DNA from: an uncultured Actinomycetota bacterium
GTDB taxonomy: Bacteria > Actinomycetota > Actinomycetes > Propionibacteriales > Nocardioidaceae
Length of the DNA: 64,000 nt
Assembly (NCBI GenBank): GCA_963795215.1
Contig: CAWCGW010000007.1
Location: 639,745 to 703,744, forward strand
Reading direction: 5' to 3'
The translations under genes were made by a program, and so were the position numbers. Shown piece after piece: positions 8,777-18,595 of this stretch (position 1 is the first letter of the stretch; each line of letters opens with the position of its first letter). The notes beneath the pieces were generated by a model. The model did not search any database, had not been told where the DNA came from, and saw only the letters and a program-made list of their open reading frames with translations.

Positions 8777-9000
8777 GTGACCAGACTAGGGAGGGGGTCC
8801 AGACGGCGAGCTGGCTCACGAAGACCATCTCGATACTGACCGGGGGCACTTGGCATCGGTTGATTCTCGGCGTTCGTGGTGGATGGCCCCGTTCGGCTCC
8901 CGACGAGATCGCCAGGGCTGACGTGGCAGCACGACCTGCCCACCTTCCCGGGGCGTGCGGCGATCTCGGGCGCAGGGCTTGACGGATGGATCGCCCACCG

Positions 9001-9018
9001 CATGTAATATATTGCATG
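9001..9018. promoter_or_regulatory. Palindromic operator overlapping the gntR start codon
   Basis: CATGTAATATATTGCATG is a near-perfect palindrome and strongly AT-rich against the local background; its last three bases are the ATG. Confidence 0.6.
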
Positions 9019-9699
9019 CCGCTGCCTGATGTTCCCGCCACCATCGATCGCAGGCTGCTCCGCGACGACGTGTACGCCAGGCTGCGGGACGCCATCGTCG
9101 ACGGCACCCTCGCGCCGGGAGAGCAGCTGCGCGACCTCGAGCTCGCCGAGTGGCTGGGCGTCAGCCGTACGCCGGTGCGCGAAGCGCTGCTCCGGCTGGC
9201 CGGTTCCGGGCTCGTCGAGTCGAGTCCGGGTCGCTCCACCGCCGTGACCGCGGTCGATCTGCGCGCCGTGCGCGAGGCCCGCGCGGTCGTGGCCGCGATG
9301 CACCAGCTCGCCGTGCGTGAGGCCGTGGCTCGCCTCACGCGCACCGACCTTGCCACCATGCGAGCGGCCAACGATCGGTTCCGAGCCGCGATGGCGGCCA
9401 ACGATCTCGATGCCGCCCTGCGCGCCGACGACGAGCTGCACGGTGTGGCTGTCACGGTGGCGGCCAACAGGGCGGTCGCCTCGGTCCTCGACCAGCTGAC
9501 CCCGGTGCTGCGCCGCGCTGAGCGCGTGTGGTTCGCCGCGTCCCGCGGAGAGGCCTCAGCCGTGCGCCACGACGACCTGATCCGGCTCTGCGCCGAGGGT
9601 GACGGCGACGGCGCCGCTGCTGTCGCGTTCGACACCTGGCACACCCTGCCGACGGCGGAAGATCTCACGCCGACCGATTCATCCACCACCCAGGAGTGA
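9016..9699 (+). CDS. GntR/FCD-family regulator (acdS-associated)
   Basis: [16 protein letters not shown]...[12 protein letters not shown]; the stop lies 2 nt before the acdS ATG. Confidence 0.9.
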   Translation: MPLPDVPATIDRRLLRDDVYARLRDAIVDGTLAPGEQLRDLELAEWLGVSRTPVREALLRLAGSGLVESSPGRSTAVTAVDLRAVREARAVVAAMHQLAVREAVARLTRTDLATMRAANDRFRAAMAANDLDAALRADDELHGVAVTVAANRAVASVLDQLTPVLRRAERVWFAASRGEASAVRHDDLIRLCAEGDGDGAAAVAFDTWHTLPTAEDLTPTDSSTTQE

Positions 9700-9701
9700 C
9701 C

Positions 9702-10742
9702 ATGCACCTCGACGACTTCCCGCGCTACCCCCTGACCTTCGGGCCGAGTCCGGTGCACCCCCTCGAGCGGCTGTCGGCCCACCTCGGTGGGGCGACGGTG
9801 TGGGCCAAGCGTGAGGACTGCAACTCCGGTCTCGCCTACGGCGGCAACAAGACCCGCAAGCTCGAGTACTTGATCCCCGACGCGATCGCGTCGGGCGCCG
9901 ACACCTTGGTCTCGATCGGTGGCTACCAGTCCAACCACACGCGGCAGGTGGCCGCGGTGGCGGCGAAGGTGGGCATGAAGGCGGTCCTGGTGCAGGAGAA
10001 CTGGGTCGACTGGCCCGACTGCGTCAACGACCGGGTCGGCAACATCCAGCTCAGCCGCATCATGGGCGCCGAGGTGCGCCTGGACCCCGCCGGCTTCGGG
10101 ATCGGGGTCAAGGACTCCTGGCACCGCGCCATCGAGGACGTGAAGGCTCGCGGCGGTACGCCGTACGCCATCCCCGCCGGTGGCTCCGACCACCGGCTCG
10201 GGGGGCTTGGGTTCGCGAACTGGGCGCGTGAGGTGGAGAGGCAGGAGCAGGAGCTCGGCGTCTTCTTCGACACCATCGTGGTCTGCTCGGTGACCGGCTC
10301 GACCCACGCCGGCATGATCGCCGGCTTCGCGGCGCTCGAGGAGTCGGGCGGTCGCCCGCGCCGCGTGATCGGCATCGATGCCAGCGCGAAGATCGACGAG
10401 ACGCGCGACCAGGTGGCCCGCATCGCACGCAGCACGGCGTCCCTGATCGGCCTGGAGCGCGACCTGCGCGACGAGGAGATCACCGTCCTCGAGGGGTGGG
10501 CTGGTGACCTGTACGGCATCCCGGTCGAGTCGACGATGCACGCCATCCGGCTCACCGGCGAGCTCGAGGGCGTCATCATCGACCCGGTCTACGAGGGCAA
10601 GTCGATGGCGGGTTTGATGGACCTCGTGGCGAGCGCCGACATCCCGCGTGACTCCACCGTGCTCTACGCGCACCTGGGGGGTCAGCCTGCTCTGAACGCC
10701 TACAGCGGGCTGTTCACGCACAGCCAGCCGTTGGCCCGCTGA
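9702..10742 (+). CDS. acdS: 1-aminocyclopropane-1-carboxylate deaminase
   Basis: [22 protein letters not shown] (PLP Lys) and GGYQSNHTR. The diagnostic DPVYEGKSM (Glu) and YAHLGG (Leu) separate ACC deaminase from D-cysteine desulfhydrase. Confidence 0.93.
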   Translation: MHLDDFPRYPLTFGPSPVHPLERLSAHLGGATVWAKREDCNSGLAYGGNKTRKLEYLIPDAIASGADTLVSIGGYQSNHTRQVAAVAAKVGMKAVLVQENWVDWPDCVNDRVGNIQLSRIMGAEVRLDPAGFGIGVKDSWHRAIEDVKARGGTPYAIPAGGSDHRLGGLGFANWAREVERQEQELGVFFDTIVVCSVTGSTHAGMIAGFAALEESGGRPRRVIGIDASAKIDETRDQVARIARSTASLIGLERDLRDEEITVLEGWAGDLYGIPVESTMHAIRLTGELEGVIIDPVYEGKSMAGLMDLVASADIPRDSTVLYAHLGGQPALNAYSGLFTHSQPLAR

Positions 10743-10794
10743 GCGCCACCGGCACCACGACAGGCACTGCGGAAACGACGAGGGGAACCAAGCC

Positions 10795-13149
10795 ATGACA
10801 GCGATCAGCGAACCGCCGACGTCGGTCCTGCACGCACCTGCGTCGGTCGACGAGCAGGTGCTGCAGCAGATCGCGCGCCGGGTGCTCTGGCTCTCGGCCG
10901 CGATCGTCGACTCGGCCAATGCCGGTCGGCCGAACGACAGTGGCGTCAAGGTCGGCGGCCACCAGGCCTCGAGCGCCTCGATCGTCGACATCATGGTGGC
11001 GCTGTGGTTCGCCGAGCTGACCGAGCACGACCGGGTCTCGGTCAAGCCGCACGCCTCGCCGGTCCTGCACGCCATCAACTACCTGCTCGGCGACCTCGAC
11101 CAGGCCTACCTGCCCACACTGCGCGCCAAGGGCGGGCTGCAGTCCTACCCCTCGCGGCTCAAGGATCCCGACACCGTCGACTTCTCGACCGGCTCGGTCG
11201 GCATCGGTGCCACGGCCGCGCTGTGGGCAGCGATGGCCCACCGCTACGTGGCCTCCCAGTTCCCGAGCGCGCCGCCGGCCGGTCGGTTCGTCAGCCTCCT
11301 CGGTGATGCCGAGCTCGACGAGGGCGCGATCTGGGAGGCGGTCGCGGACCCGGCGGTGGCCCGTCTCGGGGAGCTGTTGTGGGTCGTCGACCTGAACCGG
11401 CAGTCCCTGGACCGGGTCGTGCCGGACATCCAGATCGAGAAGCTGCAAGGCATGTTCGCGGCCGCAGGCTGGCAGGTGCTGATCCTCAAGTGGGGGCGGC
11501 TGATCAGCGAGATCTTCGAGCGACCCGGGGGAGCGGAGCTGCGTGCTCGGCTCGAGGCGATGTCCAACGAGGAGTACCAGCGGATGCTGCGGGTCGACCC
11601 TGCCGAACTGGTCGATCGTGTCGTCGGCGATGCCGGGAGCGCCCAGCTGCGCACGCTGCTCGACTCGATGACGCCCTCCGAGCTGTCCGCTGCCGTGCGG
11701 GACCTGGGCGGGCACGACCTCGGGCTGCTCGTCGACACGTTCCGGGGCGTCGACGACACCCGCCCCACGGTCGTCTTCGCCTACACCGTCAAGGGTCGCG
11801 GGCTGCCGACCGAGGGTCACCCCAACAACCACTCCGCGCTGCTGACCGGCACCCAGATGGAGGCGTTGGCGGCCCACTCCGGCGTGGACAGGTCCGCGCC
11901 GTGGCAACGCTTCGAGGCCGACACTCCGGCCGCGCGGCTCTGCGAGGAGCGCTCCGCCGCCCTGCGGCGCGAGGCGGTCGGAGCCCCGGCGGACGTGGCG
12001 ATGCCGACGTCGCTGGGGCATCCGCACCGCAAGCCGGCCTCGACGCAGGCGACCCTGGGCCGGTTCCTGGCCGACCTGAAGCGTGACGCCCCCCAAGCGG
12101 CCGCGCGGGTCGTCACCTGCAGCCCCGACGTGGCCTCCTCGACCAACCTGGGGGGCTGGATCAACAAGACCGGGGTCTGGTCGGTGGAGGATCGGCGTGA
12201 CTGGTTCGCCGACGACACCGAGCGCGTCCTGCGCTGGCACGAGGTCCGCAACGGCCAGCACATCGAGCTGGGCATCGCCGAGGTCAACCTGGTCTCGCTG
12301 CTCGGTGAGCTGGGCGCGACCTGGTCACGCTGGGGCGAACGGCTGATCCCGATCGCCACGATCTACGACCCGTTCGTCTCTCGTGCGCTCGAGCCCTGGT
12401 CCTACGGCATCTATGCCGGTGGCCAGTCGATCCTCGTCGGCACCCCGTCCGGGGTGACGTTGGCGCCCGAAGGCGGCGCGCACCAGTCGATCACCACCCC
12501 GTCGATCGGGCTGGAGCAGCCCGGTTGCGTGGCCTGGGAGCCCGCCTTCGCCCAGGACCTCGAGTGGTGCTTCCTGCACGCCATGGACCGGGTCGGCGTC
12601 GAGGGCGGGACCTCGGCGTACTTCCGGCTCTCGACGCGGCCGATCGACCCGGCCCTCGCCCGGGTGCCCGAGGACCCGGCCCTCGCCGAGCGCCGACGCC
12701 AGCAGGCCGTCGCCGGCGGCTACCGGCTGCCGGCCGACTTCGCGCCCGGCGAGGAGGACGTCACCCTGGTCGGGGTGGGCGCGATCATGCCCGAGGTCCT
12801 CTCCGCTGCGCAGGCGCTGGCGGCTGAGGGTGTCAACGCCGGCGTCGTGTGCCTGACCAGCCCGGACCTGGTCTTCCGCTCCTTCCAGCAGCGCGGGCGT
12901 CGTACGCCGGGCGTGGGCGGGAGCATCATCGACGAGCTGTTCCCGGCCGACCGCCAGGCGCCGCTGGTCACCGTGCTCGACGGCCACCCGCACACCCTGG
13001 CGTTCCTGGCTGCGGCTCGCGGCGACCGGATCCGTTGCCTGGGGGTCACCGACTTCGGCCAGTCCTCCAGCCTCGAGGACGCCTACCGGCTCCACCGGCT
13101 CGACGCAGGCTCCGTCACCGATGCGGCGTTGAGCCTCCTTCGCCGCTAG
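10795..13149 (+). CDS. AceE-like thiamine-diphosphate 2-oxoacid dehydrogenase E1 / transketolase-family protein
   Basis: KVGGHQASSAS, ThDP motif GDAELDEG...NRQSLD, HIELGIAEVNL, EGGAHQS. Confidence 0.8.
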   Translation: MTAISEPPTSVLHAPASVDEQVLQQIARRVLWLSAAIVDSANAGRPNDSGVKVGGHQASSASIVDIMVALWFAELTEHDRVSVKPHASPVLHAINYLLGDLDQAYLPTLRAKGGLQSYPSRLKDPDTVDFSTGSVGIGATAALWAAMAHRYVASQFPSAPPAGRFVSLLGDAELDEGAIWEAVADPAVARLGELLWVVDLNRQSLDRVVPDIQIEKLQGMFAAAGWQVLILKWGRLISEIFERPGGAELRARLEAMSNEEYQRMLRVDPAELVDRVVGDAGSAQLRTLLDSMTPSELSAAVRDLGGHDLGLLVDTFRGVDDTRPTVVFAYTVKGRGLPTEGHPNNHSALLTGTQMEALAAHSGVDRSAPWQRFEADTPAARLCEERSAALRREAVGAPADVAMPTSLGHPHRKPASTQATLGRFLADLKRDAPQAAARVVTCSPDVASSTNLGGWINKTGVWSVEDRRDWFADDTERVLRWHEVRNGQHIELGIAEVNLVSLLGELGATWSRWGERLIPIATIYDPFVSRALEPWSYGIYAGGQSILVGTPSGVTLAPEGGAHQSITTPSIGLEQPGCVAWEPAFAQDLEWCFLHAMDRVGVEGGTSAYFRLSTRPIDPALARVPEDPALAERRRQQAVAGGYRLPADFAPGEEDVTLVGVGAIMPEVLSAAQALAAEGVNAGVVCLTSPDLVFRSFQQRGRRTPGVGGSIIDELFPADRQAPLVTVLDGHPHTLAFLAAARGDRIRCLGVTDFGQSSSLEDAYRLHRLDAGSVTDAALSLLRR

Positions 13150-13237
13150 GAGCAGACGCCTCGGGGGCACCACGCAGGGTGGATCGACGGTGTGCTCATG
13201 ATGTGGTCGAGGAGCGGCACGCCTGGCCTTGGCGCTC

Positions 13238-14035
13238 TCACGCCCGAGCGACCACGATGTGTGCCGAGGTGTCGAAGACCATCGCTCCGTCCGGGGACCT
13301 GTAGGCCCTGAGCTCATCCTCGGCCTCGTCGAGGATGGAGTCCACGAGATCATCAGCAAGGTGAACCCCCATCACGGGAAGCCAGCCTCTGAGGTCGGCC
13401 TCGACCATGGAGCGCACGCTCGGGAACGTTGCCGTGCCGTGCTGAGTGTCCATCGACACCACCACCGCTCCGGCATCCTCGAACAGCCCTCGGAGATCAC
13501 CGGTGTCACCCAGCACGAACGGAGCGCGAAGCGCGTCAGCAGCGGCCGAGCCGGCCCTCCTCTCCAGCAGGTCGACGGAGATCGGGTAGGCCTCCGAGTG
13601 CTCCAGGCCGTCCCACACTGCCACCGCGACCAGTCCGCTGGGCCTCAGGCAGCGGAGCATCTCGCGGATCGCCCGCTGCTTGTCAGGGAAGAACATCAGG
13701 CCGAACTGGCTGACCACGACGTCGAACGTGTCGTCATCGAACGGCAGCGCGCAGGCATCGCCCTCGATCCAGGTCACGCCCGACTCGATGTCTGCAGCGA
13801 CAGCGAGCATCCCGGGGGCGACGTCCAGGCCGGTCACCGCACCTGTCGAACCCACGCGCGCACAAGCGGCTCGCGCCAGAACACCAGTGCCGCAGGCCAC
13901 GTCAAGCAGGCGATGCCCGGCCACCACCTTCGCGGCGTCCAGCACAGGTTCAGCCCACTGGCCGAAGAGTGCCTTGACATGCAGACGCTCGTAGTCGCGC
14001 GCTGCATCGATGGCTCGACCCAACGAATCCGACAT
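13238..14035 (-). CDS. Class I SAM-dependent methyltransferase (UbiE-like)
   Basis: LLDVACGTG, GLDVAPGML, FDVVVSQFGLMFF. Confidence 0.88.
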   Translation of the reverse strand: MSDSLGRAIDAARDYERLHVKALFGQWAEPVLDAAKVVAGHRLLDVACGTGVLARAACARVGSTGAVTGLDVAPGMLAVAADIESGVTWIEGDACALPFDDDTFDVVVSQFGLMFFPDKQRAIREMLRCLRPSGLVAVAVWDGLEHSEAYPISVDLLERRAGSAAADALRAPFVLGDTGDLRGLFEDAGAVVVSMDTQHGTATFPSVRSMVEADLRGWLPVMGVHLADDLVDSILDEAEDELRAYRSPDGAMVFDTSAHIVVARA

Positions 14036-14115
14036 CACAGCCTCCACGGACCACGGGTGGTTTGCACTTTACCCGTGGGAGCGGGGTCTAGGCGCCCCAC
14101 GCTGTGGCACGACTG

Positions 14116-14574
14116 CTAGTCGATACGGTGAGCAGTCCGGTCGCACAGGGGGAGCCATTCCTCGCCGGGTTTCCACTCCCAGGAGATCTCTTGGGTACGC
14201 CCGTCCTCGCTGAATCGGTGGGCTGCGCGCTCATGCTCGCCCCACAGTGTCCAAGAAAGGCCGTCTGCGATCATCGTGTAGTCGCGGGCGAAGCCGTGGT
14301 TCTCGATCGTGCGCGCGAAGTAGCGTCCGGCCTCCGCGTCCCAGCCCATCAGGCTCAAGGTGTCGAACGGCCCGTTCGCTCGCTCGTCCTGCACGATGAA
14401 GTACTTGCCGGAGTGCCACCGAGCCGAGTGGATGCTGCTCCACGGTGTCGGGTCGGCGTGTGGATTGTCCGGCGATTGCTCGTCGCCGCCGTAGGACGTT
14501 CCTTCGGCGTGCCAGTCACCAAGAAAGGCCGCCAGCATCTCGTGGGGCTTGGGTTCGACATCGATCGGGTCCAT
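14116..14574 (-). CDS. DUF1579-like protein
   Basis: LAAFLGDWHAEG...WHSGKYFIVQ...MGWDAEAGRYFAR...ENHGF; RBS GAGGAG before ATG 14574. Confidence 0.7.
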   Translation of the reverse strand: MDPIDVEPKPHEMLAAFLGDWHAEGTSYGGDEQSPDNPHADPTPWSSIHSARWHSGKYFIVQDERANGPFDTLSLMGWDAEAGRYFARTIENHGFARDYTMIADGLSWTLWGEHERAAHRFSEDGRTQEISWEWKPGEEWLPLCDRTAHRID

Positions 14575-14645
14575 CGTCGCTCCTCTTCTGTGGGATGCCT
14601 CGCTGTGTAGACGGGTGCACAGCGCAGCACTCATCGGAGCTTGGT

Positions 14646-14860
14646 CTATCCGCGACGTGTCGCCGACTCGGAGGGCACCCTCAGATCACCGAGCTGATCG
14701 CCGAAGTCCCGATCACCGATGGTCACGCGGAGCGTGCCCGGGCGGGACGGGTGACCGGGACGGCGAAGCCCCGTCATCGCCGGGGTGCGGTAGAGCGTCT
14801 GTCTGATCGCCAGAGGCCCGAAGATGAACTCGACGCACCCCGTGGCGATCTTCTCGGGTG
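14646..14860 (-). pseudogene. Orphan 3' gene fragment, possibly a metallophosphoesterase C-terminus
   Basis: The minus strand reads SPEKIATGCVEFIFGPLAIRQTLYRTPAMTGLRRPGHPSRPGTLRVTIGDRDFGDQLGDLRVP...TAG with no start or RBS. The family assignment is from memory only. Confidence 0.3.
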
Positions 14861-15081
14861 ACCGCTGTCGATCGCGTTCGGCTCGCGCCGTGACTCGGAC
14901 GGCGCGGCACGCCGTCCGACCGGGCCCAGCCTTGGAGGTGCGCCGTGACCGCGCTGCTTGTCGGATACGCCTGAGACTCCGGGCACCACATCCACCGGGA
15001 CAGCCCGAACGCAGTTCTGACCGCCTTGGCCCCAGTGCTGCGCCGGGACGCGTGATCGCACGGATAGCGCCGTCGCCGGGC

Positions 15082-15570
15082 TCACGCGCCGTGCTGGGCG
15101 CGAACGGTCCCGCGGTCCGGGCTGGTCGCCGGGGTCGCCGAGACTGTGGTGCGGGGCCAGGTCCAGGCGTACCGCAGGATGAGGGCGAGGAGGGCCACCT
15201 CCAGGACGACGCCCAGGCCGTAGAAGTACGTCCAGGACTCGCCCACCACGTTGAATGCCGCGTAGGGGATCTGGACCGAGGCCACGATCAGGTTCGTGAG
15301 GCGGTTCGCCCGGGCGGGCAGCGTCATCGACAGCACGATCATGAAGATCGGGATCGCCATGAGCGCGAGGAACGTGGTCAACAGCGACTGGCTGACGTCG
15401 AACTCCCAGACCTTGCCGACGAGGATGTCGTCGACGACCCCGGGCTTGAAGAAGGCGATGATGTCCACGTAGGCGTACAGGAACATGACGCCTGTCCACG
15501 CTGCGGCGAGCTTGGCTCCCACCGGGATCGGCTGGTCTTCCAGTACGGCGGTGGGCTGAGGTGTGGTCAT
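15082..15570 (-). CDS. DUF6326-like membrane protein
   Basis: KLAAAWTGVMFLYAYVDIIAFFKPG...; about 4 hydrophobic segments; 3' part of ORF 15082..16626. Confidence 0.75.
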   Translation of the reverse strand: MTTPQPTAVLEDQPIPVGAKLAAAWTGVMFLYAYVDIIAFFKPGVVDDILVGKVWEFDVSQSLLTTFLALMAIPIFMIVLSMTLPARANRLTNLIVASVQIPYAAFNVVGESWTYFYGLGVVLEVALLALILRYAWTWPRTTVSATPATSPDRGTVRAQHGA

Positions 15571-15918
15571 CGGGGGCTCCGTTGCTGTGGTGAGGATCGG
15601 TAGGTCCACCATCGCTGAGCCCGGCGGCGAGGTCACCGGCCAGGAGGCCGGACTCTCCTGGCCGAAGGGATGATCTCTCCCGGGGCGCACGGACATTGCC
15701 CTCCGGGTACGTGGGTCGGTCGGGGTCGAGCCAGCCTCTGGGGCGACGCCCACGTCGCGGACCCGGCTCTTGGCCGTGCCCTGGGGGAGCCCCGGTAGGC
15801 GCGAGGCTCCACGAGTGGTCAGGCCGTCGACGGTGCTCAACCGTGGGCGGGGAGGGTGGCGACGAGGACAGCGAGCCAGCCCGCGACCGCACCCCCGTCC
15901 CGCGACTACGGTGGGGTG

Positions 15919-16806
15919 ATGGGATCCAAGGCCGCCGACCTGCTCGACTCCCTGGCCGGGGCACTCCCTCGGGTGCTGCTCGCGGTCGCCATCGTCGTGG
16001 TCGGCTACCTGCTCTCCCGAGCGGTCCGCTGGGCCTTGCGGCACCTCCTGGCTGGCCGCCAGACGCCGAGCTTCGCGACGGTGATGAGCAAGCTGGCCGG
16101 CTGGGTGCTGCTGTCGCTGTCGGTGATCGTCGCGGTCGTGGTGGTCTTCCCCTCGGTCAAGCCGGTGAACATGCTCGCCGGTCTCGGCTTCTTCTCGGTG
16201 GCGGCCGGATTCGCGTTCCAGGACATCTTGGAGAACCTGCTGTCGGGGCTGCTGCTGATCCTGCGCCAGCCGTTCCGCTCCGGGGACCAGATCACCGTCG
16301 GTGAGGTCTCCGGGACGGTGGAGGCGATCACCATCCGTGAGACCCGGCTCAAGACGTTCGACGGGCAGCTGGTGCTGATCCCCAACCGTGACGTCTACAA
16401 GTCCGTCATCACCGTGCGCACCCACTTCCCCAGTCGGCGGATGAGCTTCGTCGTCGGCATCGCCTACGAGAACGACGCCAACGAGGCGCGCCAGGTGATC
16501 CAGGCCGCCCTCACGGAGGGGCTGCCGCGCCTCGACGACACGCCCGAGCCGGAAGCCGTCGTCACGCAGCTGGGGGTCTCCACCGTCGACATCGAGGCTC
16601 GCTTCTGGTGCGGCCCCGCGCAGCACGACGTCGTCCTGGCCATGGACGCGGCCATCCGGGCAGTCAAACGTGCGCTGGACGAGGCCGGCATCGAGATGCC
16701 CGCCGACATCATCGCCCTGCAGGCGACACCGAGCCTGCGAGCCGCCATCTCGGGCGAGGCGGAGGTGACGCCGGGCGGAGGCGTCGTCCCGTCGACTCTC
16801 GACTAG
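15919..16806 (+). CDS. Small-conductance mechanosensitive channel (MscS family)
   Basis: TM helices then GFAFQDILENLLSG...RQPFRSGDQI...GTVEAITIRET...LIPN. Confidence 0.9.
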   Translation: MGSKAADLLDSLAGALPRVLLAVAIVVVGYLLSRAVRWALRHLLAGRQTPSFATVMSKLAGWVLLSLSVIVAVVVVFPSVKPVNMLAGLGFFSVAAGFAFQDILENLLSGLLLILRQPFRSGDQITVGEVSGTVEAITIRETRLKTFDGQLVLIPNRDVYKSVITVRTHFPSRRMSFVVGIAYENDANEARQVIQAALTEGLPRLDDTPEPEAVVTQLGVSTVDIEARFWCGPAQHDVVLAMDAAIRAVKRALDEAGIEMPADIIALQATPSLRAAISGEAEVTPGGGVVPSTLD

Positions 16807-16938
16807 GCCATGAAGTGAGCGCTGGGGCCGCTCGGGGTGGTAGGCCGGGGCCCGGTCACCAAAGGTCGTGGGTCACCGAGTGGCTCTGGCCTGCTCGTGG
16901 CGGACAGCGGCGGGGGAAGGTGTGAGCCGGGTCCAGGC

Positions 16939-17932
16939 TCAGGGCTGCCACGTGCCGTGGGTCGCTATCCCGTCCGAGGTGATGTCGACGGCGTCACCCC
17001 CGTCGGCTGGGATGGCGGCGAGGGTGCGCTCGCTCGCGGTGACCGAGGTGAACACGATCCACGCTCCGTCGGGGGTGTAGTGCGGCTGGGTGGCGCGCTG
17101 ATCGGCGCCGTACGTGGTGAGCTGCTCCAGCCCGGTCCCGTCGGCGTGGATCCGGTAGAGGTTCGACACCCCGTCCTCGAACTCCAGCAGGGGGCGGGTG
17201 GCGAAGACGATCCAGTCCCCGTCGGGGGACCAGTCCGCCTCGCCTGCCTCCAGGGCCAGCTTGGTCAGGCGACGCTCGTCGCTGCCGTCGGCGGCGACCG
17301 TGTAGACCGCAGTGCTGCTGGTCCTGCCGTCGGCAGACGGCGCGCGCCAGTAGGTCAGGCGCTCGCCGTCCGGCGACCACCGCGGGTTGTACTCGCGATC
17401 GCAGCCCGAGCCGTTGTCGGTGAGCCGCCGGACCTTGCCGCTGTCCCGGTCGCCGACCCACAGCGAGCAGTCGGCGGGCGCGTCGTCGACGATCGGTCCG
17501 AGGTAGCGGATGAACGCGACGGTGGATCCGTCCGGGGAGTAGGCGGGCTCGTCGTCCCCGAGGCAGGGCGCCGAGCAGTCGAACAGCTGTCGGCTGGCGT
17601 CGCCCTCGAGGTCGTACTCGACGAGGGGCTCGGTCTTCCCGCCGCGCGTGTACGGCAAGGTCATGGCCACCCGGGAACCAGTCCGGCAGCAACGCGTTGG
17701 GGAGCTCGGTGAGGACCTGGTGGTCCTCGCTCCCGTCCGGGTGGACGAGCCACACGCTCTCATCGCCGGTGCGGTCGGTCTGGTAGGCCACCCACGCGGA
17801 GTCGCCCGCGAACGGGTGCTCCGGCGCGGTCGTCGAGGAGGACGGCGTGACGGCGGGGGCGCTGCTGTCGCCGCAGCCGGCGAGCAGCAGCAGCCCCACC
17901 ACAACGGCGGAAGCTCGTGGGAATCTGGGCAT
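16939..17932 (-). pseudogene. TolB-like (PD40-repeat) beta-propeller lipoprotein interrupted by a frameshift near 17650
   Basis: The N-terminus with lipobox LLLAGC is in ORF 16994..17932. The repeats AYSPDG, RWSPDG, DWSPDG and YTPDG are in ORF 16939..18069. The frames swap at ...GCC GTA C ACG CGC GGC. Confidence 0.75.
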
Positions 17933-17986
17933 CTCGGGTACTCCTTCGGCTTCGTGCTGAGGCAGGGATGGTGGTGCAGGTGAGGA

Positions 17987-18595
17987 TCAGCGAGGGTGGG
18001 CTGGGGCTTCCGTGAGCACCAGCAGCAGGCCCAGCCCGGCGGCCAGGGCCAGCGCGGTCCACCACCCACGACTCTCGGCCCAGGGCCCGAGGGCGGTGTA
18101 GGGGAACAGTGGGACCCGCTCGTGGAACGGACGGGCCAGGGTCAGGTACGTCGTGGCCGCGACGATGCCGGAGCTGAGGCTGCGGGCGGGCGTCGCGACG
18201 CCTCGACCCCGCAAGGCGGTCGCCACTGCCGTGCTGGCGAGTACGGCGCTCACCCCCTGCCAGGCGACGTCCGGTGCGTGGCCGAAGTAGCCGCTGCGGG
18301 TCCAGTGCACGCTGGCCAGCCACCACGCCAGCAGTCCCGCCACCCCGAGGCAACGGGCCGCCGTACGCCAGGCGAGCCCGCGCGGCAGGGTGTCGACCAC
18401 GTCCGCCGCCGGCTCGTCGAAGGCCCACGTCGCGGCGCCGGCCAGCAGCCCCACCGCGAGACCGGCCAGGGGCCACATCGTGTACGGCCACTGCTCGACG
18501 ATGCGCACGAGCACCGTCACCAGGGCTGCAGCGCCGGCGAGGATCCACCACGGGATCGCGCGCAGGGCATGGCGAGTCATGGCGGCGCTGCTCAT
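17987..18595 (-). CDS. Membrane protein, ABC permease-like
   Basis: MSSAAMTRHALRAIPWW...; multiple TM segments, DEPAADVVDTLPR motif, ATGA overlap with the upstream gene. Confidence 0.7.
   Translation of the reverse strand: MSSAAMTRHALRAIPWWILAGAAALVTVLVRIVEQWPYTMWPLAGLAVGLLAGAATWAFDEPAADVVDTLPRGLAWRTAARCLGVAGLLAWWLASVHWTRSGYFGHAPDVAWQGVSAVLASTAVATALRGRGVATPARSLSSGIVAATTYLTLARPFHERVPLFPYTALGPWAESRGWWTALALAAGLGLLLVLTEAPAHPR

Noticed and set aside
7674-11078. 1134-aa minus-strand ORF
   Set aside because: Antisense shadow of msrB-region, gntR, acdS and the E1 gene caused by high GC3; no recognisable motifs.
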